Made by a program: the position numbers and the translations under genes. 64,000 bases of DNA from an uncultured delta proteobacterium (GTDB lineage: Bacteria; Myxococcota_A; Polyangia; Haliangiales; Haliangiaceae). Below the pieces are notes generated by a model, which saw only the letters and a program-made list of their open reading frames with translations, was not told the DNA's origin and did no database searches. Of the stretch, positions 42,415 to 52,239 are shown one piece after another. The stretch's first letter is position 1. Every line of letters starts with the position of its first letter. The stretch is taken from the NCBI GenBank assembly GCA_963848295.1, contig CAWKDB010000010.1, positions 1,056,001 through 1,120,000 on the forward strand, given 5' to 3'.

Positions 42415-43068
42415 ATGGCGCTCTTTGGCTGGATCCCCGAGGCGTCGGGCACGCGCTCGGTCGCGACGACGTTCGTGTCGATCAGCGCCCTGCCGCTGTG
42501 GCCAGTGCGCTCGGAGCTCGTCGACACCGCGACGATGGTCATCGACCGCGGCAAGCCGTCGCGGCACAGCGATTGGCTCAATCCGCGGAGGACGTACCAA
42601 TCGACCCCGCTGCCGCTCGATCGGCGATCGATCCTCGCGGCGTACCTGCGCTCGTGGGGCGTCCTGCTCGCGTTTGTCGGGGTCGTGAGGATCTCGGGGG
42701 CATCGTGGGAGCCGATCGTGTATGCGGGAACGTGCGCGGCCGCCGTCGCGCGCGGACTGCGCCTATGCTCGTTCATCAGGGTCGGCAGCTACCTGACGAT
42801 TCTCGCCTGGGGCGCCGCCTTTAGTGCGATCGCGGCGGCCTTGCTCCCGCGGGCACCCGGCTTCGCATTTGCCGCGTGCGCGCTGCCCGCTTGGCGCTCG
42901 TTGCATTGGGAGCGCGGCGCGATCGAGCTGCCAGAGATGACGGTGATCGAGCCCGAGCCGGCGCCGCGAGCGCACACCGATATGTCGCCCACGATCCTCG
43001 CGCCGCTGGCGTCGGTCGCGCCGGCTCCCGTCGAGCGCGTCGTCGATCAGCCGCGGCTGCTCACCTGA
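42415..43068 (+). CDS. Hypothetical membrane protein
   Basis: VATTFVSISALPLWPVRS...PLDRRSILAAYLRSW followed by TM helices. Confidence 0.55.
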   Translation: MALFGWIPEASGTRSVATTFVSISALPLWPVRSELVDTATMVIDRGKPSRHSDWLNPRRTYQSTPLPLDRRSILAAYLRSWGVLLAFVGVVRISGASWEPIVYAGTCAAAVARGLRLCSFIRVGSYLTILAWGAAFSAIAAALLPRAPGFAFAACALPAWRSLHWERGAIELPEMTVIEPEPAPRAHTDMSPTILAPLASVAPAPVERVVDQPRLLT

Positions 43069-43846
43069 CCGGGTGCACGGTCGCGAACGTGACCGCGCCC
43101 GCGTAGACCTTGACCGGCGATTGCCTCGCCAGCTCGGTGCCCGGCAGGGTCGCGGCGATCGTCACGTCGCCGGGCGGCTCGCTGAAGCCGTCGGCGTGGG
43201 TGTACGGCGGCCAGGTGGTCCCAGCGTCGGGTGGATACGGGTCGCTGCCAGCGCCCGTGTAGCCGATGTGCCCCGGCTCGGGCGAAAAGTCTACGACGAC
43301 GCCGTCGAGTGGACCGCCGGCGCAGTCGAACGTTTGCACGTCGATCGTGCCGGTGCCGCCGACCTGCGACACGCCGGCCGCGCTGTAGACCGCGCCGAGC
43401 GAGCCGCTGGAGAACACGTTCGGGTCGTACGCATAGTCGCGGTCGAGCGCGACCGCTGGATACTCGTAGACATCGAGCAACCCGACCTTCGAATACTTGA
43501 TGTAGACCAGCAGCGGAACGCCGGCCGTCGCGATCGCGATCGAGTACGTCCCGTCGCTCGCATCGCTCGTGACCGCGCCGAGCAGCGAGTCGTCAGCCAC
43601 GGCGTGGACTTCGACATCGACCGACGGCGAGGGCGTCGTGCCGCCGGAGAAGTTCGTGACCTGGATCGTCTGGCCGCTGACCGTCAGCGGATCCGGCGCG
43701 GTCGTGCCGCCGCCGCAGGCATCGGCATCGATGGGCGCGGGCGGTTCGCTGCCGTGCGAGTCGTTCGGCTGCGCGTCGAAGCCCCAGCGTCCGCACGACG
43801 CGAGGCCGAACAGCACGAAGAGCACACGGAACACCAGCTCCAGCAT
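43061..43846 (-). CDS. Lipoprotein (CGRxGF-type N-terminus)
   Basis: LASCGRWGFD lipobox; beta-rich domains. Confidence 0.68.
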   Translation of the reverse strand: MLELVFRVLFVLFGLASCGRWGFDAQPNDSHGSEPPAPIDADACGGGTTAPDPLTVSGQTIQVTNFSGGTTPSPSVDVEVHAVADDSLLGAVTSDASDGTYSIAIATAGVPLLVYIKYSKVGLLDVYEYPAVALDRDYAYDPNVFSSGSLGAVYSAAGVSQVGGTGTIDVQTFDCAGGPLDGVVVDFSPEPGHIGYTGAGSDPYPPDAGTTWPPYTHADGFSEPPGDVTIAATLPGTELARQSPVKVYAGAVTFATVHPVR

Positions 43847-43866
43847 ACATCGAGTAGAGTCCGGCC

Positions 43867-45285
43867 ATGCCTGTCACCGACGCAACCGCCAGCTGGGTCG
43901 CCGACACATTTCGCGAGTCGATCGTGCCGACCCTCGTCGAGTACATCAAGATTCCGAACAAGTCCCCCATGTTCGATCCCGAGTGGCGCAAGACCGGCCA
44001 CATGGACAAGGCGGTCGAGCTATTCGCCGGCTGGGCGCGCAAGCACTTACCCGAAGGCGCCACGCTCGAGGTCGTTCGTCTCGGCGAGCGCACGCCGGTG
44101 ATCTTCATCGACGTGCCCGCGACCGGCGGCAAGCCGGGGGACACGGTGATGCTCTACGGCCACCTCGACAAGCAGCCCGAGATGAGCGGTTGGCGCGACG
44201 GTCTCGGCCCTTGGACGCCGGTGCTCGAAGGCGACAAGCTCTACGGGCGCGGCGGCGCCGACGATGGCTACGCGATCTTCGCGTCGCTGATGGCGCTCGG
44301 TGCGTTGCGCCGCGACCAGCGCCCGCACGCGCGTTGCGTCGTGTTGATCGAAGCGTGCGAGGAATCCGGCAGCTACGACCTACCGGCGTACATCGATCAC
44401 CTCGCGCCGCGCATCGGCGAGCTGTCGCTCGTGGTGTGCCTGGACTCCGGTTGCGCGAACTACGATCAGCTGTGGTCGACGACCTCGCTGCGCGGCCTCG
44501 TGATCGGCAACCTCGAGGTCTCGCTGCTGACCGAAGGCGTGCACTCGGGCGACGGCACCGGCGTGATCGCAGCGAGCGAGCGCGTCGTCCGCCAGCTGCT
44601 CGATCGGCTCGAGGATTCGCACACCGGTCAGATCAAGCTCGATGCTCTCGCGACGCAGATCCCGCGCCAGCGGATCGCCCAGGCTGAGCGGACCGCCGAG
44701 GTTCTCGGCGACGAAGTCTGGGACAAGTTCCCGCTCCAGCCCGGCGTGAAAGCCGTCGCGGCGAGTAACGTCGAGCTGATCCTCAATCGCACGTGGCGGC
44801 CCGGCCTCGCGATCACCGGCGCCGATGGCTGGCCGCCGATCGGCAACGCCGGCAACGTGTTGCGCCCGTCGACCCGATTGAAGCTCTCGATCCGCATCCC
44901 GCCGCGCGTCGATCCCAAGGCCGCGGCCGCTGCGGTCAAGCAAGCGCTCGAAAAAGATCCGCCCTATGGTGCGAAGGTCGCGTTCACCGACATCGGCTCG
45001 AACGCCGGCTGGGATGCCCCCGAGCTCGCGCCGTGGCTCGACCAAGCCCTCGACGCCGCCTCGCAAAAATACTTCGGCAAGCCGTCGATGTTCATGGGCG
45101 AAGGCGGCACGATCCCGTTCATGTACATGTTGGGAGAGAAATTCCCCAAAGCGCAGTTCTGCATCACCGGCGTCCTCGGCCCGGGCTCGAATGCGCACGG
45201 CCCCAACGAATTCCTGCACGTCCCGACCGCGCGCAAGCTCAGCCTCTGCGTCGCCGACGTCATAGCCGCGCACTCCCAGCACTAG
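43867..45285 (+). CDS. M20/M25/M40-family metallopeptidase
   Basis: YGHLDKQP, YGRGGADDG, EESGS, HSG, GGTIP, NAHGPNE. Confidence 0.93.
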   Translation: MPVTDATASWVADTFRESIVPTLVEYIKIPNKSPMFDPEWRKTGHMDKAVELFAGWARKHLPEGATLEVVRLGERTPVIFIDVPATGGKPGDTVMLYGHLDKQPEMSGWRDGLGPWTPVLEGDKLYGRGGADDGYAIFASLMALGALRRDQRPHARCVVLIEACEESGSYDLPAYIDHLAPRIGELSLVVCLDSGCANYDQLWSTTSLRGLVIGNLEVSLLTEGVHSGDGTGVIAASERVVRQLLDRLEDSHTGQIKLDALATQIPRQRIAQAERTAEVLGDEVWDKFPLQPGVKAVAASNVELILNRTWRPGLAITGADGWPPIGNAGNVLRPSTRLKLSIRIPPRVDPKAAAAAVKQALEKDPPYGAKVAFTDIGSNAGWDAPELAPWLDQALDAASQKYFGKPSMFMGEGGTIPFMYMLGEKFPKAQFCITGVLGPGSNAHGPNEFLHVPTARKLSLCVADVIAAHSQH

Positions 45286-46401
45286 GGACGGTGTTCACTT
45301 TGACAACCGGCGCCCCGTCCGAGCGCGAGCAAGAACGGATACTTACCTGGGGACGGTGTTCACTTTGACAACCGCAGCCCGGCTCGGCCGATACGCGCCC
45401 CATGCGCATCCCGCGGCAAATCGATCCCGGCACGACGTATCACGTCATCTCGCGTTTCATCGACGAGCGATTCCTGCTGCGCGACGACGAGGACCGTTGC
45501 CTCTACCTAGATCTCTTGGGGCCTGCGCTCGAACGCAGCGACTGGATGTGCCTCGCTCATGCGTTGATGAGTAACCATATCCATCTCGATCTGGTCGCCG
45601 GCGAGCAGGCGCTTGGCGACCTGCTCAAACGCGTGAACTCGCCGTTCGCGCGTTTGCTCAACGAGCGGCATCACGGACGCGGACCCGTGTTTGCGGAGCG
45701 AGCCGACGCTTGGAGTATTCGACCCGCGCACGAAGCGAAGCTCATCGCGTATATCCACAACAACCCCGTTCGCGCTCATGTCGTCGAACATGCGCGAGAC
45801 AGTACGTGGACAAGCCACCGCGCCTACGTCGGGCTCGCAGTGAGACCCAAGTGGCTTGCCATCGAGCAGGGCTTCGCACGGTGCGGAGTGCCCCCCTCGG
45901 AATTCGACGCTTGGGTCAACAGCACCGTCGAGGCGAACCGCGTCGAAGGCATCGCTGAGATCCAGCGTGCACTCCACCGGCGAGGCGCGCTCGAGCCTGC
46001 GACCCCGCTCGCAAACCCAACTTGCGTTCCCTTGGTTGCTCGGCTCCACGCTCGCGTTCGTCCCGACCCTCGCGAGGTGGTGGCCAGTGTCGCGGCCGCG
46101 CTCGGCGTCGAAGCAAGGCGATTCGGCGGTCGTGCAACCGATCGGGATCTCGTGTGGGCGCGGAGAGTGACGGTTCAGACCGGGCTTGCCGTTGGCCTCA
46201 CGAGGAGCGACATGGCAACCGCCCTCGGCTTGAGCCGTCAGGCAGCCGCTAAGCTCGCTGCCGTCGAGCTCCCGTCACACCTGCTGGCCGTCGTCGCCTA
46301 TGTCGCCTCTCGGTTGACAAAGTGAACACCGTCCCCAGGTAAACACCCAGAACCTCACGGGTCTATCCAGCGGTCCGGTTGACAAGTCGAACACCGTCCC
46401 C
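45285..46401. mobile_element. RAYT locus bracketed by two left and two inverted right REP-like repeats
   Basis: GGGACGGTGTTCACTTTGACAACCG at 45285-45309 and 45350-45374; inverted copies at 46311-46336 and 46376-46401; inner pair extends to 32 bp with 1 mismatch (45343-45374 / 46311-46342). Confidence 0.85.
45402..46325 (+). CDS. REP-associated tyrosine transposase (Y1/HUH) with C-terminal HTH
   Basis: YHVISR, LMSNHIHL (HUH), YIHNNPVRA (catalytic Tyr), WTSH; weaker GC3 bias than neighbours. Confidence 0.9.
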   Translation: MRIPRQIDPGTTYHVISRFIDERFLLRDDEDRCLYLDLLGPALERSDWMCLAHALMSNHIHLDLVAGEQALGDLLKRVNSPFARLLNERHHGRGPVFAERADAWSIRPAHEAKLIAYIHNNPVRAHVVEHARDSTWTSHRAYVGLAVRPKWLAIEQGFARCGVPPSEFDAWVNSTVEANRVEGIAEIQRALHRRGALEPATPLANPTCVPLVARLHARVRPDPREVVASVAAALGVEARRFGGRATDRDLVWARRVTVQTGLAVGLTRSDMATALGLSRQAAAKLAAVELPSHLLAVVAYVASRLTK

Positions 46402-46417
46402 GATAGTCCGCGGCGAA

Positions 46418-47245
46418 ATGGCCACGCACCTGCCTGTTATCGGGGGACATGCGGAGGGATTCGGCGCCACTGCTCGCACCGACGGCTGGTGGCAGGGGCC
46501 TGCACTGACGTTCTTCGTGTTCTCGACTTTCGTCGTGTACACGACGTGGGCGGCTCTCCAGGGCAACCACTACTTCAGCGATCCTTACCTCTCACCGTTT
46601 TATTCGCCGGTTCTGTTCAACGATCCGAGCGTCGTCGGGGCCGCCCCGCACAGCTGGTTCGGCGGCATTCCTAGCTTCATGCCGCACTGGATCCCGGGCT
46701 GGTTCTCGCCCGCGATCTACATCTTGGTCTTCCCGGGCGCGTTCCGCTTCACTTGTTACTATTACCGCAAGGCGTACTACCGGTCGTTCGCCGGATCGCC
46801 GCCCGGTTGCGCGGTCGGCCCGCTCGCGGCCAAGCGCAAGTATCGCGGCGAGACCGCGCTGCTGCTGTTCCAGAACCTGCACCGCTACGCGATGTACTTC
46901 GCGCTCGTGTTCATCGTCATCCTCGGCAAAGATGCGGTCGACGCGTTCTGCTACCACGGCCATTTCGGCGTCGGTGTCGGCAGCATCATCATGGTGATCA
47001 ACGTCGTGCTGATCGCGGCCTACACGTTCGGCTGTCACTCGTTCCGCCACATCATCGGCGGCCGCAAGGACTGCATGTCGAACTGCGGCAAATCGACGGC
47101 CGCGCTCGGCGCCTGGAAAAAAGCGAGCTGGTTCAACGGGCGCCACATGCAGTTCGCGTGGGCGAGCCTCGTGTGGGTCATGGTGACCGACGTCTACATC
47201 CGTCTCGTGTCGATGGGCGTGATCCACGATTTCCACACCTGGTAA
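46418..47245 (+). CDS. Succinate dehydrogenase membrane anchor, Sdh1 (Rv0249c)-type
   Basis: YLSPFYSP, FRFTCYYYRKAYYRSF, QNLHRY, YTFGCHSFRH, HMQFAW. Confidence 0.85.
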   Translation: MATHLPVIGGHAEGFGATARTDGWWQGPALTFFVFSTFVVYTTWAALQGNHYFSDPYLSPFYSPVLFNDPSVVGAAPHSWFGGIPSFMPHWIPGWFSPAIYILVFPGAFRFTCYYYRKAYYRSFAGSPPGCAVGPLAAKRKYRGETALLLFQNLHRYAMYFALVFIVILGKDAVDAFCYHGHFGVGVGSIIMVINVVLIAAYTFGCHSFRHIIGGRKDCMSNCGKSTAALGAWKKASWFNGRHMQFAWASLVWVMVTDVYIRLVSMGVIHDFHTW

Positions 47246-47257
47246 GCGAGCATCACC

Positions 47258-49102
47258 ATGGCCCTCGACGCATCCGAAATTCAAACCATCGACCACGACG
47301 TCCTCGTGATCGGCGCCGGCGGTGCCGGCTTGCGCGCCGCGATCGAATGCAGCGCCCAGAAGCTATCGACCGGCGTGATCTCGAAGTCCCTGCTCGGCAA
47401 GGCCCACACGGTCATGGCCGAAGGCGGGATGGCCGCGGCGATGGGCAACGTGGATCCGCGCGACAACTGGAAGGTCCACTTCCGCGACACGATGCGCGGC
47501 GGCAAGTTCCTCAACGTCTGGCGCATGGCCGAGCTCCACGCGAAGCAGGCGCCCGAGCGCGTTCGCGAGCTCGAAGAGTGGGGCGCGGTCTTCGATCGCA
47601 CGAAAGAAGGCCTGATCTCCCAGCGCAACTTCGGCGGCCACCGCTATCCGCGGCTCGCGCACGTCGGGGATCGCACCGGGCTCGAGCTGATTCGCTCGCT
47701 GCAGGATCACGGCATCCATCAGGGCATCGACTTCCACATGGAGTGCACCGCGCTCGAGCTGCTCAAGGACGGCGATCGGATCGCCGGCGTGCTCGCGTAC
47801 TGGCGCGAGACCGGGCGGTTCGTCGTGTTCCGGTGCAAGGCCGCGATCCTCGCGACCGGCGGCGGCGGCAAGGCGTGGAAGATCACGTCGAACTCGTGGG
47901 AGTACACCGGCGACGGCATCGCGATGGCGTACGAAGCCGGCGCCGAGCTGATGGACATGGAGTTCACGCAATTCCATCCCACCGGCATGGTGTGGCCGCC
48001 CTCGGTGCGCGGCACGCTCGTCACCGAAGGCGTGCGCGGCGATGGCGGCATCCTCAAGAACAGCGAAGGCAAGCGGTTCATGTTCGGCTACATCCCCGCG
48101 AAGTTCGCGGCGGAGACCGCGGATACCGTCGAAGAAGCGACGCGCTGGCTCGAAGGCGACAAGAACGCGCGCCGGCCGCCCGAGCTGCTCACGCGCGACG
48201 AGGTCGCTCGCTCGATCAACGCCGAGGTCAAAGCCGGCCGCGGCTCGCCGCACGGTGGCGTGTTCCTCGACATCGCCTCCCGCCGCCCCGCCGAGTTCAT
48301 CAAGCGCAAGCTGCCGTCGATGTATCACCAGTTCAAAGAGCTGGCCGAGGTCGACATCACGGCCGAGCCGATGGAGGTCGGTCCGACCCTGCACTACTTC
48401 ATGGGCGGCGTCCGCGTCGATGCCGACTCGCAGATGACGACCGTCCCGGGCCTGTTCGCGGTCGGCGAGTGCGGCGCGGGCCTGCACGGCGCGAACCGGC
48501 TCGGCGGTAACTCGTTGTCGGACTTGGTCGTGTTCGGCAAGCTCGCCGGCTCGGGCGCCGCGGACTACATCCGCGGTCTATCCTCGACCCCGAAAGCCGA
48601 AGACGATCAGATCGTCGGCGGCATTCGCCGCGCGACCGACGTGCTGAAGCGCGACTCCGGCACGAACCCGTACGTGCTGCACGACAAGCTGCAAGACACG
48701 ATGCAGGCGAACGTCGGGATCGTTCGCGAGAAGAAAGAGCTCGAGCAAGCGCTCGAGGATCTCGAGGGCTTGAAGAAGGACGCCGAGACGATGAAGGCGC
48801 CGGGCTCGAGCCAGTACAACCCGGGCTGGCACGAAGCCCTGTCGATGAAGTCGCTGCTGATCACGTCCGAGGTCGTCGCGCGCGCCGCGCTGCTCCGCGA
48901 AGAGAGCCGCGGCGCTCATACCCGCAACGACTTCCCCGGCGAGTCCGAGGACTGGATGCAGTACAACGTGATCGTCAAGAAGGGCGCGAACGGCATGGAG
49001 GTCGAGAAGCGCAAGCGCCCCGAGCCACCGCCGAAGCTCAAGGAGATCGCGCACGCCAAGATCGAGGATCTCGAGTCCGGCAAGGTCGGAGGCGACGCGT
49101 AA
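47258..49102 (+). CDS. sdhA: Succinate dehydrogenase/fumarate reductase flavoprotein
   Basis: GAGGAG, KAHTVMAEGG, QFHPTG, HYFMGG, HGANRLGGNSL, ESRGAH. Confidence 0.95.
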   Translation: MALDASEIQTIDHDVLVIGAGGAGLRAAIECSAQKLSTGVISKSLLGKAHTVMAEGGMAAAMGNVDPRDNWKVHFRDTMRGGKFLNVWRMAELHAKQAPERVRELEEWGAVFDRTKEGLISQRNFGGHRYPRLAHVGDRTGLELIRSLQDHGIHQGIDFHMECTALELLKDGDRIAGVLAYWRETGRFVVFRCKAAILATGGGGKAWKITSNSWEYTGDGIAMAYEAGAELMDMEFTQFHPTGMVWPPSVRGTLVTEGVRGDGGILKNSEGKRFMFGYIPAKFAAETADTVEEATRWLEGDKNARRPPELLTRDEVARSINAEVKAGRGSPHGGVFLDIASRRPAEFIKRKLPSMYHQFKELAEVDITAEPMEVGPTLHYFMGGVRVDADSQMTTVPGLFAVGECGAGLHGANRLGGNSLSDLVVFGKLAGSGAADYIRGLSSTPKAEDDQIVGGIRRATDVLKRDSGTNPYVLHDKLQDTMQANVGIVREKKELEQALEDLEGLKKDAETMKAPGSSQYNPGWHEALSMKSLLITSEVVARAALLREESRGAHTRNDFPGESEDWMQYNVIVKKGANGMEVEKRKRPEPPPKLKEIAHAKIEDLESGKVGGDA

Positions 49103-49860
49103 TGGCGACCCGAACCTTCAAGGTCTGGCGCGGGGACAAAGACGGCGGCGAGCTCGAGACGTTCGAGACCGAGGTCGGCACCGGCATGGTCGTGCTCGAC
49201 GTGCTGCACCGGATCCAGGCCGAACAGGCCAACGATCTCGCGCTGCGCTGGAACTGCAAGGCCGGCAAGTGCGGCAGCTGCTCGATGGAGATCAACGGCA
49301 AGCCGAAGCTGTCGTGCATGACCCGGATGAACACGTTCGACCCCGAAGAGACCATCACGGTGCAGCCGTTGAAGACGTTTCCGGTGATCAAGGACCTCGT
49401 CACCGACGTGTCCTGGAACTACCGGCAGAACAAGAGGATCCGGCCGTTCAAGCCCAAAGCCAAGGGCGCCGACGGCACGCATCGGATGTACCAAGAAGAC
49501 GTCGACCGCGTGCAGGAGTTCCGCAAGTGCATCGAGTGCTACTTGTGCCAGGACACCTGCCACGTGCTGCGCGATCGCGACGGCACCGAGGGCGACAAGT
49601 TCGTCGGCCCGCGGTTCATGATCCGGCTCGCGAGCCTCGAGATGCATCCGCTCGACGACGACGACCGCATCCCCGAGGTCAAGAAAGAGTTCGGCTCGGG
49701 CATGTGCAACATCACGCGGTGCTGCACCGAGGTCTGCCCCGAGCACATCGGGATCACCGACAACGGCATCATCCCGTTGAAGGAGCGCGTCGTCGATCGC
49801 TACTACGATCCGGTCGCGATCATCGGCCGCAAGCTGTTCGGAATTCGCAAGCGGACATGA
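49102..49860 (+). CDS. sdhB: Succinate dehydrogenase/fumarate reductase iron-sulfur subunit
   Basis: CKAGKCGSC, CIECYLCQDTC, CNITRCCTEVCP. Confidence 0.95.
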   Translation: MATRTFKVWRGDKDGGELETFETEVGTGMVVLDVLHRIQAEQANDLALRWNCKAGKCGSCSMEINGKPKLSCMTRMNTFDPEETITVQPLKTFPVIKDLVTDVSWNYRQNKRIRPFKPKAKGADGTHRMYQEDVDRVQEFRKCIECYLCQDTCHVLRDRDGTEGDKFVGPRFMIRLASLEMHPLDDDDRIPEVKKEFGSGMCNITRCCTEVCPEHIGITDNGIIPLKERVVDRYYDPVAIIGRKLFGIRKRT

Positions 49861-50357
49861 CCGCGTTCACGCTCAAGAAGATCGAGGCCAGCGGCATCGC
49901 GCACGCGCTCGAGAAAGCCGAGCGCTACCGGCTGCTCAACGATCCGGCGCAGGCCGAGAGCATCTGCCGCGACGTCCTCGACGTCGAGCCCGCGCACCAG
50001 GACGCGCTGCGCTACCTGATCCTGGCGCTCACCGATCAGTTTCATTCGCCGAGCGGCGGCTCCGGAACCGGCCGCGAGGCCCGCAGCTACATCGCCCAGC
50101 TCACCGACGAGTACGAGCGCACCTACTACACCGGCATCGCGTTCGAGCGCGAGACCCGCGCGTACCTCGAACGCAAGAACGTGATCCGCTCCGCCGCGTA
50201 TGACGGTTTTCGCCACGCGATGGAGTGGTACGAGCGCGCCGAGCAACTACGCCCGCACGACACCGACGCGCGGTTGCGCTGGAACAGCTGCGTGCGCGCG
50301 ATCGAGCGCGAGAAGCTCGAGCCCGAGGTCCGCGGCCACGAGCTGCCGCTCGAATAG
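49857..50357 (+). CDS. Helical (TPR-like) protein translationally coupled to sdhB
   Basis: ATGA overlap; ALEKAERYRLLNDPAQAESICRDVL...LRWNSC. Confidence 0.75.
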   Translation: MTAFTLKKIEASGIAHALEKAERYRLLNDPAQAESICRDVLDVEPAHQDALRYLILALTDQFHSPSGGSGTGREARSYIAQLTDEYERTYYTGIAFERETRAYLERKNVIRSAAYDGFRHAMEWYERAEQLRPHDTDARLRWNSCVRAIEREKLEPEVRGHELPLE

Positions 50358-50414
50358 ACAGCAGCTATGCCCGATCGTCGCGCCGCAACGGCGAGCGATG
50401 CGATACTCGCGCCC

Positions 50415-51161
50415 GTGCGCTGGCTAGTCGCGATGTCGTGCGTCGTTGGGTGCTATGCGACCGATCCGCCGCCGGGCGCGGACTGCGCGGCGAACAACGC
50501 CTGCCCGACGCCGCTCGCCTGCTCGCTGGTGACGAATACGTGCGAGGTGCATCCGATCAACGTCGTCCAGCAGATCACCGCGTATTCGCCCGGCGCGGGC
50601 ACGCTGTCGGCGACGTTGCCGCAGGCCCCCGCGGCCGGCGACGTCCTCGTGATGATCGGCGGCAACCCGCACAACACGCTCGCCGCTGTCACCGGCGCCG
50701 GGGTCGCGTGGCAGCGCGCCGCGAGGTCGACCGACAACGCGAACATCGAGCTGTGGTACGGCACGACCGACGGCTCGGACGCCACCGTGACGATCGCGCT
50801 TCCCGGCGCGACGTTACCGATGTCGCTCGAGGTCGTCGAGTGGACCGGGCTCGCGTCACCCGCCGTGCTCGAGGCCGGGACCGGTGTCTCGGGGCTGTCG
50901 AGCCCGGCGAGTGCGGGGACGCTCGCGACGACCGCGCCCGATCTGATCCTGTTCGCCGTCGGCGACGATACCCCGAACACGTTCGGGACCCCGTCGCCCG
51001 GTGCGTGGATCGCGCTCGACAGCATCCTCGAGTCCGGTCACCAGCAGGCCGCGTGGTTCGTCGTCGCGGAGCCCCCCGAGACGGTCGCTCCGGCGGTCAG
51101 TGAAACCGCGAACAGCTGGGACGCCGTGGTCGTCGCTCTCGAGCTCGGGCCGAACGACTAA
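50415..51161 (+). CDS. Lipoprotein with Cys-rich N-terminus
   Basis: VVGCY lipobox-like; CAANNACPTPLAC. Confidence 0.65.
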   Translation: MRWLVAMSCVVGCYATDPPPGADCAANNACPTPLACSLVTNTCEVHPINVVQQITAYSPGAGTLSATLPQAPAAGDVLVMIGGNPHNTLAAVTGAGVAWQRAARSTDNANIELWYGTTDGSDATVTIALPGATLPMSLEVVEWTGLASPAVLEAGTGVSGLSSPASAGTLATTAPDLILFAVGDDTPNTFGTPSPGAWIALDSILESGHQQAAWFVVAEPPETVAPAVSETANSWDAVVVALELGPND

Positions 51162-51202
51162 CGGTTACTGGACGCCGTAACCGGCGTACGTCGTTCCCGT
51201 CG

Positions 51203-52201
51203 TCACGCGCACGTCGTCGCTCGGTGTGGCATCCAATCGGTCGGATCGCTGTGGGGTGCCGTGCCCGACGACGCATGGATCGCTTGGTAGTTGTTGTCCT
51301 GGTAGCGGCCGAGGCCGTTATCGAACCAATGCAAGCCGCCCGAGATGAAGGTGTTGTGATGGACGTGCGAGTTGTCGCCGAGATCCTGGATCTGGAGCGC
51401 CTCGTTGCCGGTGCGCAAGATCCGGTTGTTGTAGATCTGCAGGCCGGCGAGCTTGTTCGCGGGCGGATCGCCGGTCGAGCCGAAGTAGTAGCCCTCGGCG
51501 CCGGTGTCGTGGACGTACGTGTCGTTGATCGTGACGTTCGCGATCGGCTCGTCCATCGTCGGATCGTTGAGCAGCCGGATGCCGGCGAACCCCGAGCGCT
51601 CGACCTCGACGTACTCGATCTCGAAGTCATGCGCGTCGGCGACCGCGAGGCCCATATGCAAGTACGGCGCGGCGAACGCAAAGTCGTCGTCGCTCATGAT
51701 GCCGTAGTGGCCCGGAGAGTCGGCGTAGTGGCCGCACGCGTGACCGGGAAATGCGACGTCGCCGGTCATCGATACCGGATCATAGCGGCCGGTGAGGATC
51801 CAGTTCGAGCCGCCGCTGAACGACCACAGGTAATTGCCGTTCGGGTTGTTGCCGACGAAGAACTGGCCGCCGAGGTTCGTGATCACGAGCGGACGGTCGG
51901 CGGTGCGATCGGGCAGGTTGCCGAGCAAGATGTTCGTGTACTGGCCGGCAGGCAGATACAGCCGGTCGAGCATCGACCAATCGACCTGCGGAAACGCGGC
52001 TTGAACATCGTCGTACGAGATGCTCGGACCGGTGCTCGGCAGCGTGAACGTCGTCGTCGGCACGCCGAAGTGGCCAGGCGGATCGCACGACGACACGATC
52101 GCATCCGGGATGACACCGTCGGGCCCCCCGCCACCGTCGCCGGCGCGATGGGAGTGGCCGCCGCACGCGACCAGCGCGAGCATCGTCCATCGTGCAAGCA
52201 C
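51203..52201 (-). CDS. Lipoprotein with right-handed beta-helix, possibly C-terminally truncated
   Basis: LVAC lipobox; YVHDTGAEGYYFG, IYNNRILRTGNEALQI beta-helix repeats. Confidence 0.65.
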   Translation of the reverse strand: MLARWTMLALVACGGHSHRAGDGGGGPDGVIPDAIVSSCDPPGHFGVPTTTFTLPSTGPSISYDDVQAAFPQVDWSMLDRLYLPAGQYTNILLGNLPDRTADRPLVITNLGGQFFVGNNPNGNYLWSFSGGSNWILTGRYDPVSMTGDVAFPGHACGHYADSPGHYGIMSDDDFAFAAPYLHMGLAVADAHDFEIEYVEVERSGFAGIRLLNDPTMDEPIANVTINDTYVHDTGAEGYYFGSTGDPPANKLAGLQIYNNRILRTGNEALQIQDLGDNSHVHHNTFISGGLHWFDNGLGRYQDNNYQAIHASSGTAPHSDPTDWMPHRATTCA

Positions 52202-52239
52202 GCCTCCACGCTAACACGCACGGTGTTACGCTCCGCGCG

